Below the pieces are notes generated by a model. The model made no database searches and was not told the origin of the DNA. It worked only from the letters and a program-made list of their open reading frames with translations. A stretch of 54,099 bases of DNA, taken from the IMG/VR virus record IMGVR_UViG_3300037502_000458, positions 1 through 54,099 of that record; one strand, written 5' to 3'. The first letter of the stretch is position 1. The number at the start of each line of letters is the position of its first letter. Below, piece by piece: positions 1 through 9,600 of this stretch. Source of the stretch: a virus. Lineage: Duplodnaviria > Caudoviricetes. The position numbers and the translations under genes are program-made.

Positions 1-63
1 CGCCGCTTCTACCGGGCGCTTTCGTCCGTTGATGAACCCAAGGATTCGTTCTTTTGATGCCAT
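1..63 (-). CDS. 5' part of a putative winged-HTH protein running off the window start (MASKERILGFINGRKRPVEAA...)
   Basis: Read manually: ATG at 61-63, open to base 1; in frame with the open frame at 53893-54099. Confidence 0.6.
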   Translation of the reverse strand, partial: MASKERILGFINGRKRPVEAA

Positions 64-173
64 TCGATTGCCTTCATACATACGTTGAAAACTGTCTCAA
101 AGAGACTGGGGAACGCTTCCATCGTGATGCCCTCCTCGTACAAGAGCCTCACTATTTCGCCTTTCATGTCCAT
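9..173 (-). CDS. hypothetical protein (54 aa, MDMKGEIVRLLYEEG...)
   Basis: Read manually; start overlaps the end of the Cro-like gene, consistent with operon coupling. Confidence 0.5.
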   Translation of the reverse strand: MDMKGEIVRLLYEEGITMEAFPSLFETVFNVCMKAIEWHQKNESLGSSTDESAR

Positions 174-364
174 AGATCTGGCCTCAAGTCTTTCCTCGTT
201 ACACCTCCCTCAGTCTGATGCTCGATCTCTACTGCCAGCTCCGCACTGGGAACCCTCCGCTTCGAGATCAACAACCCCATCCAAGTCCTCGTGATACCCA
301 ACTTCCTAGCTAACTCAGCCTTGGAACCTCGGGGCTTGCCTTCAAAGTAACTGTTCAGATCCAT
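164..364 (-). CDS. Cro/YdaS-like HTH transcriptional regulator
   Basis: KAELARKLGITRTWMGLL helix-turn-helix and C-terminal VTRKDLRPDLW typical of YdaS/Cro; AGGAGG SD upstream of ATG at 364. Confidence 0.85.
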   Translation of the reverse strand: MDLNSYFEGKPRGSKAELARKLGITRTWMGLLISKRRVPSAELAVEIEHQTEGGVTRKDLRPDLWT

Positions 365-374
365 GATTACCTCC

Positions 375-430
375 TGTACTTCTATGTTACACGATCTGTC
401 TTGCAATGCAAGCACAATGTATGTTAGAGT
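375..430. promoter_or_regulatory. divergent promoter/operator region
   Basis: Palindrome CTTGCA-A-TGCAAG (400-412) gives back-to-back -35-like hexamers; rightward TAGAGT -10; operator-like TGTACT-TCTAT-GTTACA at 375-391. Confidence 0.6.
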
Positions 431-463
431 TTCATTTCCCTCATGTTGAGGGGTTAGAAAGGA

Positions 464-649
464 GTGTTCATGGATGACTTTGTGTACATACCGTCAGCGA
501 AAACCGACGTAGGCAAGAGGATCCGAGAGGAATGGCAGCGGTTAGGTCAACTACCCCCGGACAAGGATCCGCGAGTCTTAGAGAACCGTAGAAAGGCATG
601 GGAATATGGACAGAATGGACCAAGCAGCGTTCCATCAAATGATGCTTGA
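464..649 (+). CDS. hypothetical protein
   Basis: First ORF of the rightward operon, AAGGAG SD. Confidence 0.55.
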   Translation: MFMDDFVYIPSAKTDVGKRIREEWQRLGQLPPDKDPRVLENRRKAWEYGQNGPSSVPSNDA

Positions 650-776
650 ACGTCTTAAAGAACTTGAAGAGGCTGTGGAACGAGCAGAGAAGGGCGAAGC
701 CACAGAACAAGATTGGATACGAATCCGTTATGAATGCGGTTTAGGAGCTAAGAATGCTGATCGCAAGAGCAAGTGA
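606..776 (+). CDS. hypothetical protein (56 aa, MDRMDQAAFHQMMLERL...)
   Basis: Read manually; fills the gap between neighbours with overlaps. Confidence 0.55.
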   Translation: MDRMDQAAFHQMMLERLKELEEAVERAEKGEATEQDWIRIRYECGLGAKNADRKSK

Positions 777-1356
777 AGGAAAGAGCTTTACCCCCGTACC
801 TTCGGGATCCCATTTGGCAAGGTGCTACCGAATCATTGATCTTGGAACTCAGAAAACGGAATGGGCTGGGCAGGTCAAGCTCCTTCAGAAAGTCATGTTC
901 CAGTTTGAAGTTCACTCGGAAGATGACGAAGGTAATCCTCTGGTTACTTCAAAAGGGGAACCCATGTCCATCTCAAAGAACTACACCTTGTCCTTGGGAG
1001 ACAAATCCCAACTCAGGGCCGATCTGGAGGCTTGGAGAAGCAAGGAGTTCACAAGGGACGAGCTGAAGGGCTTTGAGCTGAAGAACGTACTAGGTGCGTG
1101 GTGTATGTTGACCGTTACCCGAGCTACCGGGAAAGACGGTAAGGATTACACCAACATCTCCGGTATCTCTCCGGTTCCCAAAGCTATGAAGGCTTCTCTC
1201 CCGGAACCCCACAACGAGGTTGGCATCTTCTCAATTTCCGATCCTGACATGGAGATGTTTGACACCTTCTCCGACCGGATCAAACAGAGAATCATGGACA
1301 CCCCCGAGTGGAAGTCCCGCAATACAACCGAAGACGATTCATCAATCCCTTTTTGA
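754..1356 (+). CDS. SSB-like phage replication protein (NGO0469-like family)
   Basis: ARCYRIIDLGTQ N-terminal motif; acidic C-terminal tail EDDSSIPF like SSB tails; close to the exonuclease. Confidence 0.7.
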   Translation: MLIARASEGKSFTPVPSGSHLARCYRIIDLGTQKTEWAGQVKLLQKVMFQFEVHSEDDEGNPLVTSKGEPMSISKNYTLSLGDKSQLRADLEAWRSKEFTRDELKGFELKNVLGAWCMLTVTRATGKDGKDYTNISGISPVPKAMKASLPEPHNEVGIFSISDPDMEMFDTFSDRIKQRIMDTPEWKSRNTTEDDSSIPF

Positions 1357-1364
1357 GACACATC

Positions 1365-1505
1365 ATGTACACCACTATCATCATCCCTCTGGCTGAACTT
1401 CCGACCGTCCTTCGTGCTCTCAACGCACAAAAACCTGTGGAAGTTAAGGTAGCCCCAAAGCCTCCAGTCAAACGGGGCCGTGGCCGTCCTCCCAAAGCCA
1501 AGTGA
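1365..1505 (+). CDS. small basic protein with AT-hook-like motif
   Basis: C-terminal KRGRGRPPK; ATG at 1365. Confidence 0.55.
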   Translation: MYTTIIIPLAELPTVLRALNAQKPVEVKVAPKPPVKRGRGRPPKAK

Positions 1506-1699
1506 CACAAATCGAGTTGTACGACGAATCCGGGAGGGTTGGGATACTGACCTTCTCGGATGATCGTTTGTCGTTCCAAGGAGCCCCTGATGAGGCTGCA
1601 AGGGCGTTCTTTGAAGCCTTCAATCAGGTCTTCTCCTCAGAACTACAGCAAGCGTATATAACCGGCTGGAACGACGCCTTGAAGGAGAAGGTTAATTGA
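1502..1699 (+). CDS. hypothetical protein
   Basis: 4-bp overlaps with both neighbours. Confidence 0.6.
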   Translation: MTQIELYDESGRVGILTFSDDRLSFQGAPDEAARAFFEAFNQVFSSELQQAYITGWNDALKEKVN

Positions 1700-2451
1700 T
1701 AACGACTCAATTGATTGCTAAAGGCTTTACTACCTCTGAACACTGGTACACCCGAGACGGGGAACCTGCCTATACCGTTAAAGGGTCTACAGGAGAACGT
1801 CCTACGACCCTCAGAGACGCTAGAAAGCTAAATCTGGTTCCTAGTGTCACCTCAATCATTAACGTCGCTGCAAAACCCGGTTTAGAGAAGTGGAAGCAAC
1901 AACAGCTACTCCTTGCAGCTTTGACCCTTCCCAAGATCAATAGTGAATCCGAGGATGAGTACATCGACCGGATCATTCGTGACTCGAAAGAACAAGGGAA
2001 AGCCGCAGCGGATGCCGGGACCGAGATCCACGCCTCCATTGAGAGCTTCTACCAAGGCAAACCCAGTTCCTCCCCCTATGTTAAAGGGGCTACAAACCTC
2101 ATCCTTGAGACGTTTGGACCCCAATCTTGGATAGCGGAAAGATCGTTTTCTCATGAAATCGGTTTTGGAGGGAAGTGCGATCTTCATTGTCCTACTGTTG
2201 TCTTAGACGTAAAGACAAAAGAGTTTGAGGACCCCAAAGATGTCCAAGTCTATGAAGAACACATCATGCAACTCGCGGCGTATCGCGTTGGCCTTGGACT
2301 TCCTGAAGCCCGATGCGCCAACATCTTTGTATCCCGCTCATATCCGGGTGTTGTTACAGTCATTGAACACACCGAGGAAGACATCAAAAAAGGCTGGGAA
2401 ATGTTCACCTGCCTCCTGAAGTATTGGCAACTATCTAAAGGGTATCAATGA
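1696..2451 (+). CDS. PD-(D/E)XK exonuclease
   Basis: PSVTSII, GTEIH, GGKCDL, VLDVKTK, QLAAY motifs. Confidence 0.85.
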   Translation: MITTQLIAKGFTTSEHWYTRDGEPAYTVKGSTGERPTTLRDARKLNLVPSVTSIINVAAKPGLEKWKQQQLLLAALTLPKINSESEDEYIDRIIRDSKEQGKAAADAGTEIHASIESFYQGKPSSSPYVKGATNLILETFGPQSWIAERSFSHEIGFGGKCDLHCPTVVLDVKTKEFEDPKDVQVYEEHIMQLAAYRVGLGLPEARCANIFVSRSYPGVVTVIEHTEEDIKKGWEMFTCLLKYWQLSKGYQ

Positions 2452-2660
2452 AACCTGTTAAAGCCTTCAAAACAGAAGACGGAACTCTGTTTGAAGATCT
2501 CAGCGCAGCAGAAAGGCATCAAGCCTTCCTCGATAACCGTTCCGAGATTGAAGAGTTCCTCTCCAGCGATCTCAACCCCTATAAAGCAGCAGCACATCGG
2601 GGGATCGCTCGCATGACCGTCATCAACTGGTCCCTGTGGAGAACCAAAAATGACCGATGA
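2448..2660 (+). CDS. hypothetical protein
   Basis: ATGA-coupled ORF. Confidence 0.65.
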   Translation: MKPVKAFKTEDGTLFEDLSAAERHQAFLDNRSEIEEFLSSDLNPYKAAAHRGIARMTVINWSLWRTKNDR

Positions 2661-2859
2661 CATGATCAAACAGGTGTTCTTCTATTGCGAGAACAAAGGC
2701 GGTCTCATCGCAGACGGCGTAGATATTCTGGAGTTTGCAAGGAAGATCGAAGCCGTTCTAACCCCTACGATTCAACTTCAAGAACACCACCGCTGTGTAA
2801 AGATCGTCTCTGATCTCAACAAAGAAGTCGGTAAGAAGTTGGCTACCCTAAGACCTTAA
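2650..2859 (+). CDS. hypothetical protein
   Basis: Last rightward ORF; stop overlaps the convergent gene's stop (TTAA). Confidence 0.65.
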   Translation: MTDDMIKQVFFYCENKGGLIADGVDILEFARKIEAVLTPTIQLQEHHRCVKIVSDLNKEVGKKLATLRP

Positions 2860-3818
2860 GGGGTCATTGGCGGCATTCCGGTAAACGGCTCTGGCCTTTG
2901 AGGCTGTCTAACTGCTGGTTCTTTTGGAAGGTTTTGATAAACAAAAGGCAGAGCAGACAAAGCCATACCCGGAATAGTCGTCCTTGGAACCAGAGACAAC
3001 GCCCCACCAAGAACACCCAAGCCTGACGTAGCAATCTTTCCTAAGTCTCGGTCTTCAGGCGGCAGATCCATCTGCTGACGGATGTCGGCTATATCCACCC
3101 CAGCAGCACCCAGAGTCACCGGAGGTGCAACGTACCTACCTACGGTTTGCAGACCTCGGGTGATGGGTTGCATCATCCCTTCAAACGTCCTTGTAACCTG
3201 CTCCAATCCTGATCTGGCAGGTTTGGTTACACCGATCTCTCCTTGGGGACTCCTAGGTCCAAGGTATTGCCCCGGCTCAGTTCTGGGAGCCAAAACTCCC
3301 GAGGGCGTAGAAGTAAGCCCCGGAGCTTGAGTGAGAGGAGCTTTAGGTTCAAGACCCAGCCTCTTAGCTATTTCTTCTGCTTCCTTTGCTCTGGCCGCTT
3401 GCTGGGCGGTTTCTACGTTAAACCCCTGCATCCTAGCTCGGCCAGTTGCACCTTCTTCCGTAGTTCCTTGAAGAATCCTCTGAGCGTTTTGGTTCAGTTG
3501 AAACGGAGTTACTCCTGCTTGCCTTTGAGCAAACAACCTCCCTTCCTCTTTAGCCCTTCCAAGGTTCCTAGCGGCAGACATAGCGCCTTTACCAGCAAGT
3601 TGGGCACCTGACATCGCGGCCCCTGCCCCGGCTCCATAAAGACCGTATTCAATCCTCTCGGCTCGTTTAGATGCTTCTGATTGACTCGTATCAGGCTCTA
3701 CCGCCTCAAACCGATTTTGTTCCCGAGAAGGAAGGCGAGAGATGGCTTCTTGCATCTCTTCCTTCGACATCCCATCTGGAAACTCTACGGGGCCATAACC
3801 CTCTACGTTAACGATCAT
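2856..3818 (-). CDS. putative internal virion/ejection protein
   Basis: End of structural operon; N-terminal VEFPDGMSKEEM motif, Gly/Ala-rich hydrophobic segments. Confidence 0.55.
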   Translation of the reverse strand: MIVNVEGYGPVEFPDGMSKEEMQEAISRLPSREQNRFEAVEPDTSQSEASKRAERIEYGLYGAGAGAAMSGAQLAGKGAMSAARNLGRAKEEGRLFAQRQAGVTPFQLNQNAQRILQGTTEEGATGRARMQGFNVETAQQAARAKEAEEIAKRLGLEPKAPLTQAPGLTSTPSGVLAPRTEPGQYLGPRSPQGEIGVTKPARSGLEQVTRTFEGMMQPITRGLQTVGRYVAPPVTLGAAGVDIADIRQQMDLPPEDRDLGKIATSGLGVLGGALSLVPRTTIPGMALSALPFVYQNLPKEPAVRQPQRPEPFTGMPPMTP

Positions 3819-3821
3819 GGC

Positions 3822-5594
3822 TTACTCCCAAGTCTTTGTCTGAGGGTTGTACCGAGGAATACCAGAAGCCCGTGGAACCAAACGATTGCCATTGGCTATC
3901 TTAGAAAGATCCTCGTCATATTGTCTGAGCCTGTTTTTGTACCAATCGGATCTCTTGAACTCTCTGATCCCTTGATTGGATTCTTCAAACTTTGCAGCAA
4001 TGTCTTTGTCAAACTGACCACGCAGGGTGATCATGTCTGCCTTCATCCTCATAGAACCCGGAACATCTTCAGGATTGATTCCTGCTCGTCCAAAGAGTTG
4101 TTGCTCGTAGTTAGATACCGCACCCTTGGTATATTGAGACATCATGATCTGTGATTCAGTCATGAGTTGTAATGCCAATTGGAACCGAGCTTGTTGTTCA
4201 GGGTTCAAACGAAGATTCCGAACAATCGTTTGAAACTCAGGAATGCCAACAGCAAACCTTCCTCCCGGACCCGTTACACCAACACCCTGCTCAACCAATC
4301 TGGCAACCAAGGAACGAACTTCGTTGTTGCTAAAGATACCGAACATATCCTTAGCATCAGGAGCGTCTGCGTATTGCCTGAAAATCATCGCACGACTCAT
4401 ATTAGGTGTCGCACGATCTGAATTGTCCAATACCTCTCGACGTTTCTCATTCTCGTACCTTGCGCGATCCTCTGCTGTCAGGTTCGCTACCCTTTGATCA
4501 GTCTCTTGCTGTTGTTTGCTAGGAACGCCCAAAGTAGTCGGTTGAACAGGTTGGCCATCAGGAGCGGTGCCACCAGCCTCGCCTGCCTTGGATGTACCAA
4601 GATACGGCGCAACAACTTGCATGGCTTGCGGGCTATTCCGACCAAACTTCGCTGCGGCCTCGTCATATCTGGCTGCAAGATCCTTCGGAAGCGATTGGTT
4701 ACCCATACCCGGAATGAACCGATCCACAGTATCAGGGCTGACTTGTCGCTCTGCCAGTGCCTTTGCGCCAGCTTCTTTGCCTGCCAGTTCAGCAGGACTG
4801 GGAAGACCTTTAACCCAAGCCTCTACAGCAGCTTTCCCTTCCATAGCTACAGCACGAGGAACGCTCATTTCACCTTGGCTGGTGGCAATCTTTACCGTAT
4901 CCCCAGTGTCATAGAAGTACAGCCTTCCAGTTGCTGAATCATAGACACGGTTGTCTCGGAACTGATACCGATCCTTGTTGAATTGCCGAGCCTTATCCAT
5001 CGCCTCGGATACAGGACGGCCCTCCAACATGGATTGCAACAAGAATCCACGCTCACTCAGCATGGTTCCTGTAGGCTGGGAAATCTGAATGAACTTTACG
5101 TTCGGTCCAGTCATCCCCGGAGGGGGGATGTCAGGATTCTCAACCCGAGCAAACTCCGCTTGAGGGGTTCCTTCTTGCGGTCTCGTTGCGGGTGCACTAG
5201 GGGCACCACTAGGAGCACCGCTAGGAGGGGCACTAGGAGGCTGACCACCAAGAAGATTTTGGTACATCTTCTCCCGCTGACGCATCTGAGCGAGAGACAA
5301 ACCCCTCTCAGCCAATCCTAGTTGAGCCTGAGCGATCTCTTGCCCTCTCTTTTCTTCTAGTTCCTCTGCGGCCCTCATCTTTCCAGCAGCAGTACCCAGA
5401 CCCTCAAAGAACGATCCAGTCCTTCCGGGAGTCAATAGACCCTCTGCCAAAGCCAATAGCTGAGGATCGAACATCCGGTTTTTACGACCCTCTAGGGACT
5501 CTGTAAGCCTCGTTAAAGCCTCTTGATAGGTTTGATTAGCTTTTAGAGTCTCTGGGTCTGTACCAGCAACGTATGTAAGCGGAGCAGTAGCCAT
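3822..5594 (-). CDS. putative internal virion/ejection protein
   Basis: Position; helical; TKGAVSNYEQQLF motif of the kind seen in podophage ejection proteins. Confidence 0.6.
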   Translation of the reverse strand: MATAPLTYVAGTDPETLKANQTYQEALTRLTESLEGRKNRMFDPQLLALAEGLLTPGRTGSFFEGLGTAAGKMRAAEELEEKRGQEIAQAQLGLAERGLSLAQMRQREKMYQNLLGGQPPSAPPSGAPSGAPSAPATRPQEGTPQAEFARVENPDIPPPGMTGPNVKFIQISQPTGTMLSERGFLLQSMLEGRPVSEAMDKARQFNKDRYQFRDNRVYDSATGRLYFYDTGDTVKIATSQGEMSVPRAVAMEGKAAVEAWVKGLPSPAELAGKEAGAKALAERQVSPDTVDRFIPGMGNQSLPKDLAARYDEAAAKFGRNSPQAMQVVAPYLGTSKAGEAGGTAPDGQPVQPTTLGVPSKQQQETDQRVANLTAEDRARYENEKRREVLDNSDRATPNMSRAMIFRQYADAPDAKDMFGIFSNNEVRSLVARLVEQGVGVTGPGGRFAVGIPEFQTIVRNLRLNPEQQARFQLALQLMTESQIMMSQYTKGAVSNYEQQLFGRAGINPEDVPGSMRMKADMITLRGQFDKDIAAKFEESNQGIREFKRSDWYKNRLRQYDEDLSKIANGNRLVPRASGIPRYNPQTKTWE

Positions 5595-5596
5595 GA

Positions 5597-6655
5597 TTAG
5601 CCCTCACCACCAGCAGTATTCACATCGCTGTATTCAGCCCCGTAATCAATAGGAACTTCTCGGCCTTGTTCGTTGTAGTAAGCAACCGCTCTAGGATCAA
5701 AGTACAGGTTTTGACCAGAGGAGTCTCTACCAGCATATTGAGCAGGATTCACAGTGAAGGTCCGTCCCTCGCCACCACCAAAGACTGACCCCGCAATCCT
5801 TCTCAAAGCCGTATCAAGCGGACTTCCTGCTCTGGTGGCTCCCAACATGGACATAATCCCCGTCACAGCACTGAGAGGAGATACTCCGTACTGCCCTGCT
5901 TGTCCCGGACCAACGAAGCCGGTGGTTTCACTCAAGGGTACTTGGAAGCCTCTTAGAAGGGCCTGTGCTTGCGTTGCGGTTTTAAGAGGAGCATCTCTCA
6001 AAGCCTGTTGATAGGTCTGCATTGCAGTACCCTGATCCATCAAGGCTTTCGATTCTCCTAAACCCAGTTCTTGTGCAGTCTTAGCGATTCCCGCTTGAGC
6101 TTTAGCTGCTTCGGTCTCCAAGCCCATTTCTTTCAGAGCAGCATCCAAAGCGCCTTTATAGCCCTCAGAAAGTGCTCCGTACTGCTGTCCTGTCAAAGTC
6201 CTAGCAGACTCGGCCAAACCTTGTCCCAAGGCTCCTGCGTACCTTTGCGACCCCAATTGACCGGCACCTACCATCCCTCCCCGTAGAGCAGGAAGGAGGT
6301 TTCTTTGAATGTTCTGTTCCGAAAGCCTTGCCATCTCCTGAACCACGTTCTGTGTGTACGGGTTCATGAAGGACTGGATCTTCTCAGGAGTAATACCAGC
6401 AGCAGCAGAAGCCGCAGTTTCTCCGGCAGCAGCCAATCCCGGTCGATAGGAAGCAGCAGCCCCCGGCGTCATCTGATACGCCTGCATCTGCAACGGATCT
6501 AACCCGGCAATCATCTGCTCGGGGGTTCTCCCCATCGCAGTGGTTCCAGCCGAAGCCAGACCCGTTAGATAGTCCGTATAGTATTGAGGCGCTTCCTGAG
6601 CCTTCGTCGTTGTAGTTTTAATATCGGGAAGCGGAGAACCTGCGGTAATACTCAT
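5597..6655 (-). CDS. putative DNA pilot/ejection protein
   Basis: Ala/Gly/Gln-rich, FMNPYTQNVV and GQLGSQR motifs, hydrophobic C-terminal helix. Confidence 0.65.
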   Translation of the reverse strand: MSITAGSPLPDIKTTTTKAQEAPQYYTDYLTGLASAGTTAMGRTPEQMIAGLDPLQMQAYQMTPGAAASYRPGLAAAGETAASAAAGITPEKIQSFMNPYTQNVVQEMARLSEQNIQRNLLPALRGGMVGAGQLGSQRYAGALGQGLAESARTLTGQQYGALSEGYKGALDAALKEMGLETEAAKAQAGIAKTAQELGLGESKALMDQGTAMQTYQQALRDAPLKTATQAQALLRGFQVPLSETTGFVGPGQAGQYGVSPLSAVTGIMSMLGATRAGSPLDTALRRIAGSVFGGGEGRTFTVNPAQYAGRDSSGQNLYFDPRAVAYYNEQGREVPIDYGAEYSDVNTAGGEG

Positions 6656-9600
6656 TACGACCTCCTGCGAGCCATAGACAAATACTCCAGCGGAGACTTG
6701 CTAGGCGGGGGAATCTTCTTTAACGAACCACTGCGCTTGTGAGAACGAATCTCCTCACGCATCTTGTCCAACAACTTGGCTCCGGCTCGGTTGGAACCAT
6801 TACCTAAAGCAGCTACCGTTTCTGCGTCAAAGACGTACTCTCCGTCAGCCAACATCGCCGGGATGTCGTCCGATTGACCATCTCCGGGACCCTCTACATA
6901 GGATCCTTTTCGGAAATCAATTCTTGGTTTCCCGGCATAGTGGACTACCGAAAGCCCACCACCTTTCATTAAAGGCGTCATCAGACCCCCTGAAGCGGCC
7001 ATCTGATCCTCTTCTTGTAAACCAAGAATGTCAGATACCTCTGAGGGTTGCCCGTAGGTGAAATAGTTCATGGCTGACGGTGCTTCCTGTTTGGGTTCTT
7101 CTTTTGGCTCTTGTAACGCAAAGAAAGCCGCCAGAGGACTCTCGAATTCTACTTTAGAACCCTCTCCGGTTTGAAGGGCTTGCAAGGGAGACACAGGCTG
7201 TTGAATCCCTGAATCTGCTAAAGCAGCAGCCCCAAGACCCGCAGCGGCGATTCCTGCGCCTGTCTGGAGAAGATTTTGCCTTCTGCCCATATCCAGACGC
7301 AGTTGTGCAGCCCTTGCCTCTTCATCGGCCTTTTTCTTGTCTTCTTCTTCTTTCTTTAGACGATCCGCTTCCTGTTGCTCAAACAATTGATAAATACCGG
7401 AAGCAGGACGAGATTCATCCTGCGGGGTATTCGGATCATCCTTAATGCTGGGAGTTCCTAACTGAGTTGTAATCGCAGTAGAAACATCCGTGGGGGTTGC
7501 ATAAGCAGGAAGGTTACTAATCGCCGTATTGACGATGTTTTGTACGTCTGCCGTGGAAATACCGGGGTTGTCCCGTATCACACGGGAAACAATCCCCTCA
7601 ACATCTTGAGTGCTTAAACTCGCGGGGAACTTAATCCCAGAGATAGCGTCAGAAAGATTTTTTGCTGTTACAAAGTCTTTGGTCGCAGTCGATACGATAG
7701 TTGATATATCTGTCGCAGTCGGAGCAGTGGGAAGTTTACCAACCGCCTCGTTAACGATTGTTGTAACGTCTGTCGCACTTAATCCGGGGCGTGTAGCGAT
7801 AACATCTGTGACGATGCGTTTTACGTCTGCTTCTGAAAGACCCGCAGGAATAACGACACTGTTTGCAATCCTCGTGATGTCTGCATCGGATAGGCCCATA
7901 TTAGTTCCCCCTGCAACTAACGTATCGTTTCCGCCTCCGGAAACTAACGTATCGTTCCCGCCGCCAGACACCAACGTATCGTTGCCAGTTCCCGCAACTA
8001 GAGTGTCGTTTCCACCTCCGGCAACCAATGTATCGTTTCCACCCCCAGCCGTAAGGGTGTCATTACCGCCACCAGAAACTAAGGTGTCGTTGCCACCACC
8101 AGATACTAGGGTGTCGCCTCCGGCAACTAAAGTGTCGTTGCCTCCACCTGCCTTTAAGGTGTCGTTGCCTCCACCAGCAACTACAGTATCGCCGCCAGTC
8201 GTGCTTTGAGATGTGCTAATGACTGGGTTTAAGGCAGCGCCACCTTCCAAAGCATCTATGTCTGCCTGATCTACTTTTCCGTCTTTGTTCAGATCGTATC
8301 GGGCATCAAACGCAGAAGATCCTGAAGCGATCTTTGAGGCTTCTATAGCGTTGGCGTTTTGCAGTGCCGCCGGTCTGGTTGCAGTTGCATCAGTAACGGG
8401 ACCAGTGGCGGTGGATCCCGTGGAGGTCGATCCTGTAGCGGTTGATTCTTTAGCGGTCGATTCCTTGGCGGTTGCATCAGCGGCAGGCCCAGTGGCGGTT
8501 GCACCTCCTGTTTGTGTGCCGCCTGTTAAATCCGTGGCAGAAGCACCTCCCGTTGAGGTTGCAGCATCGGTGCTTGGCGAAGTAGCGATTAGTTTCGACG
8601 CATCTAACTGAGCAGGTCCTTGAGTGGCCTTGGTATCACTATCAGCAAGAACCTTTCTCGCTAGATCAGCAGCCACCTGTTGTGCGTCAGGAGAAGGCTT
8701 AACTTCTACAACTTCCGGCTTCGCTTCAGGCGGGGCGGCTGGAGGAACCGTCGTAGAAACTCCCGCAGGTTTAACTTCAGGGACTGGTGTCGCGGCGGCG
8801 TTTCTATCCGCCTCAATGATCTTGGGGATCAGCTCAGTAGATTCTTCAGGAGTTAGATCAACAATAACTTTAGTTTCGTTGTCCATGACCCTCTGACGGC
8901 CATCGGAGAAGGCAAACAACGTAAACCCGTTGTTCATGTCATAGGTGTTGACCCCTTGATCTATAGCAATCAAAGAGAAAACAGGAAGCCCTGATGTTTG
9001 ACCCGACCCGGCTCCCATAAACGGCCTTCCTCCCTCTTCTGGAGGCGTTGCAGACTCACCTATCGCAACACCCGCAGCAACCTCTCCACCGGGGCGTTCT
9101 GATGTACCGTCTCCAACAGAGGTTCTATTCGCTAACAAGGTAGTACGGAAGTCAGCGTTCCTGCTTTGTTCGGCTACCAGCGTTTCTTCAATAACGTCAT
9201 CAGAGATTCCTGCCGCCCTCATTCGATCTACGATGTTCTGTAGACCCTCTAATTCAGCAGGAAGCCAAATCTGTGTTGCTCCGGGCTGTAAAGCATTTCT
9301 AAAACGCCCATAAGGATCTCCCAAGGTGGGAGCCGATACATCGCTTACAACGCCAGAACCTGCTAACTCCCCGATACTCGTTCCTACGCCAGACCCCGGA
9401 TACAAGATTTCTTCATTGGACGCAACAGGCTCTTGCCTTGTAATAACGGGCGAAGTTTCTGTAGGGACCGATTCAATGGTAGGAGGAGCAAATTGCTCCT
9501 GCGGTACGGTAACGGGGAACTCGTATATCGGCCTTGGGAACCCTTGATAACCCATCGCTTCCGGGTCTGCTGGGAAGGACAGGTTGTCTCTGATTATTGC

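Noticed and set aside
7905-8197. CRISPR array
   Set aside because: No spacers; repeats vary at synonymous positions and are protein-coding
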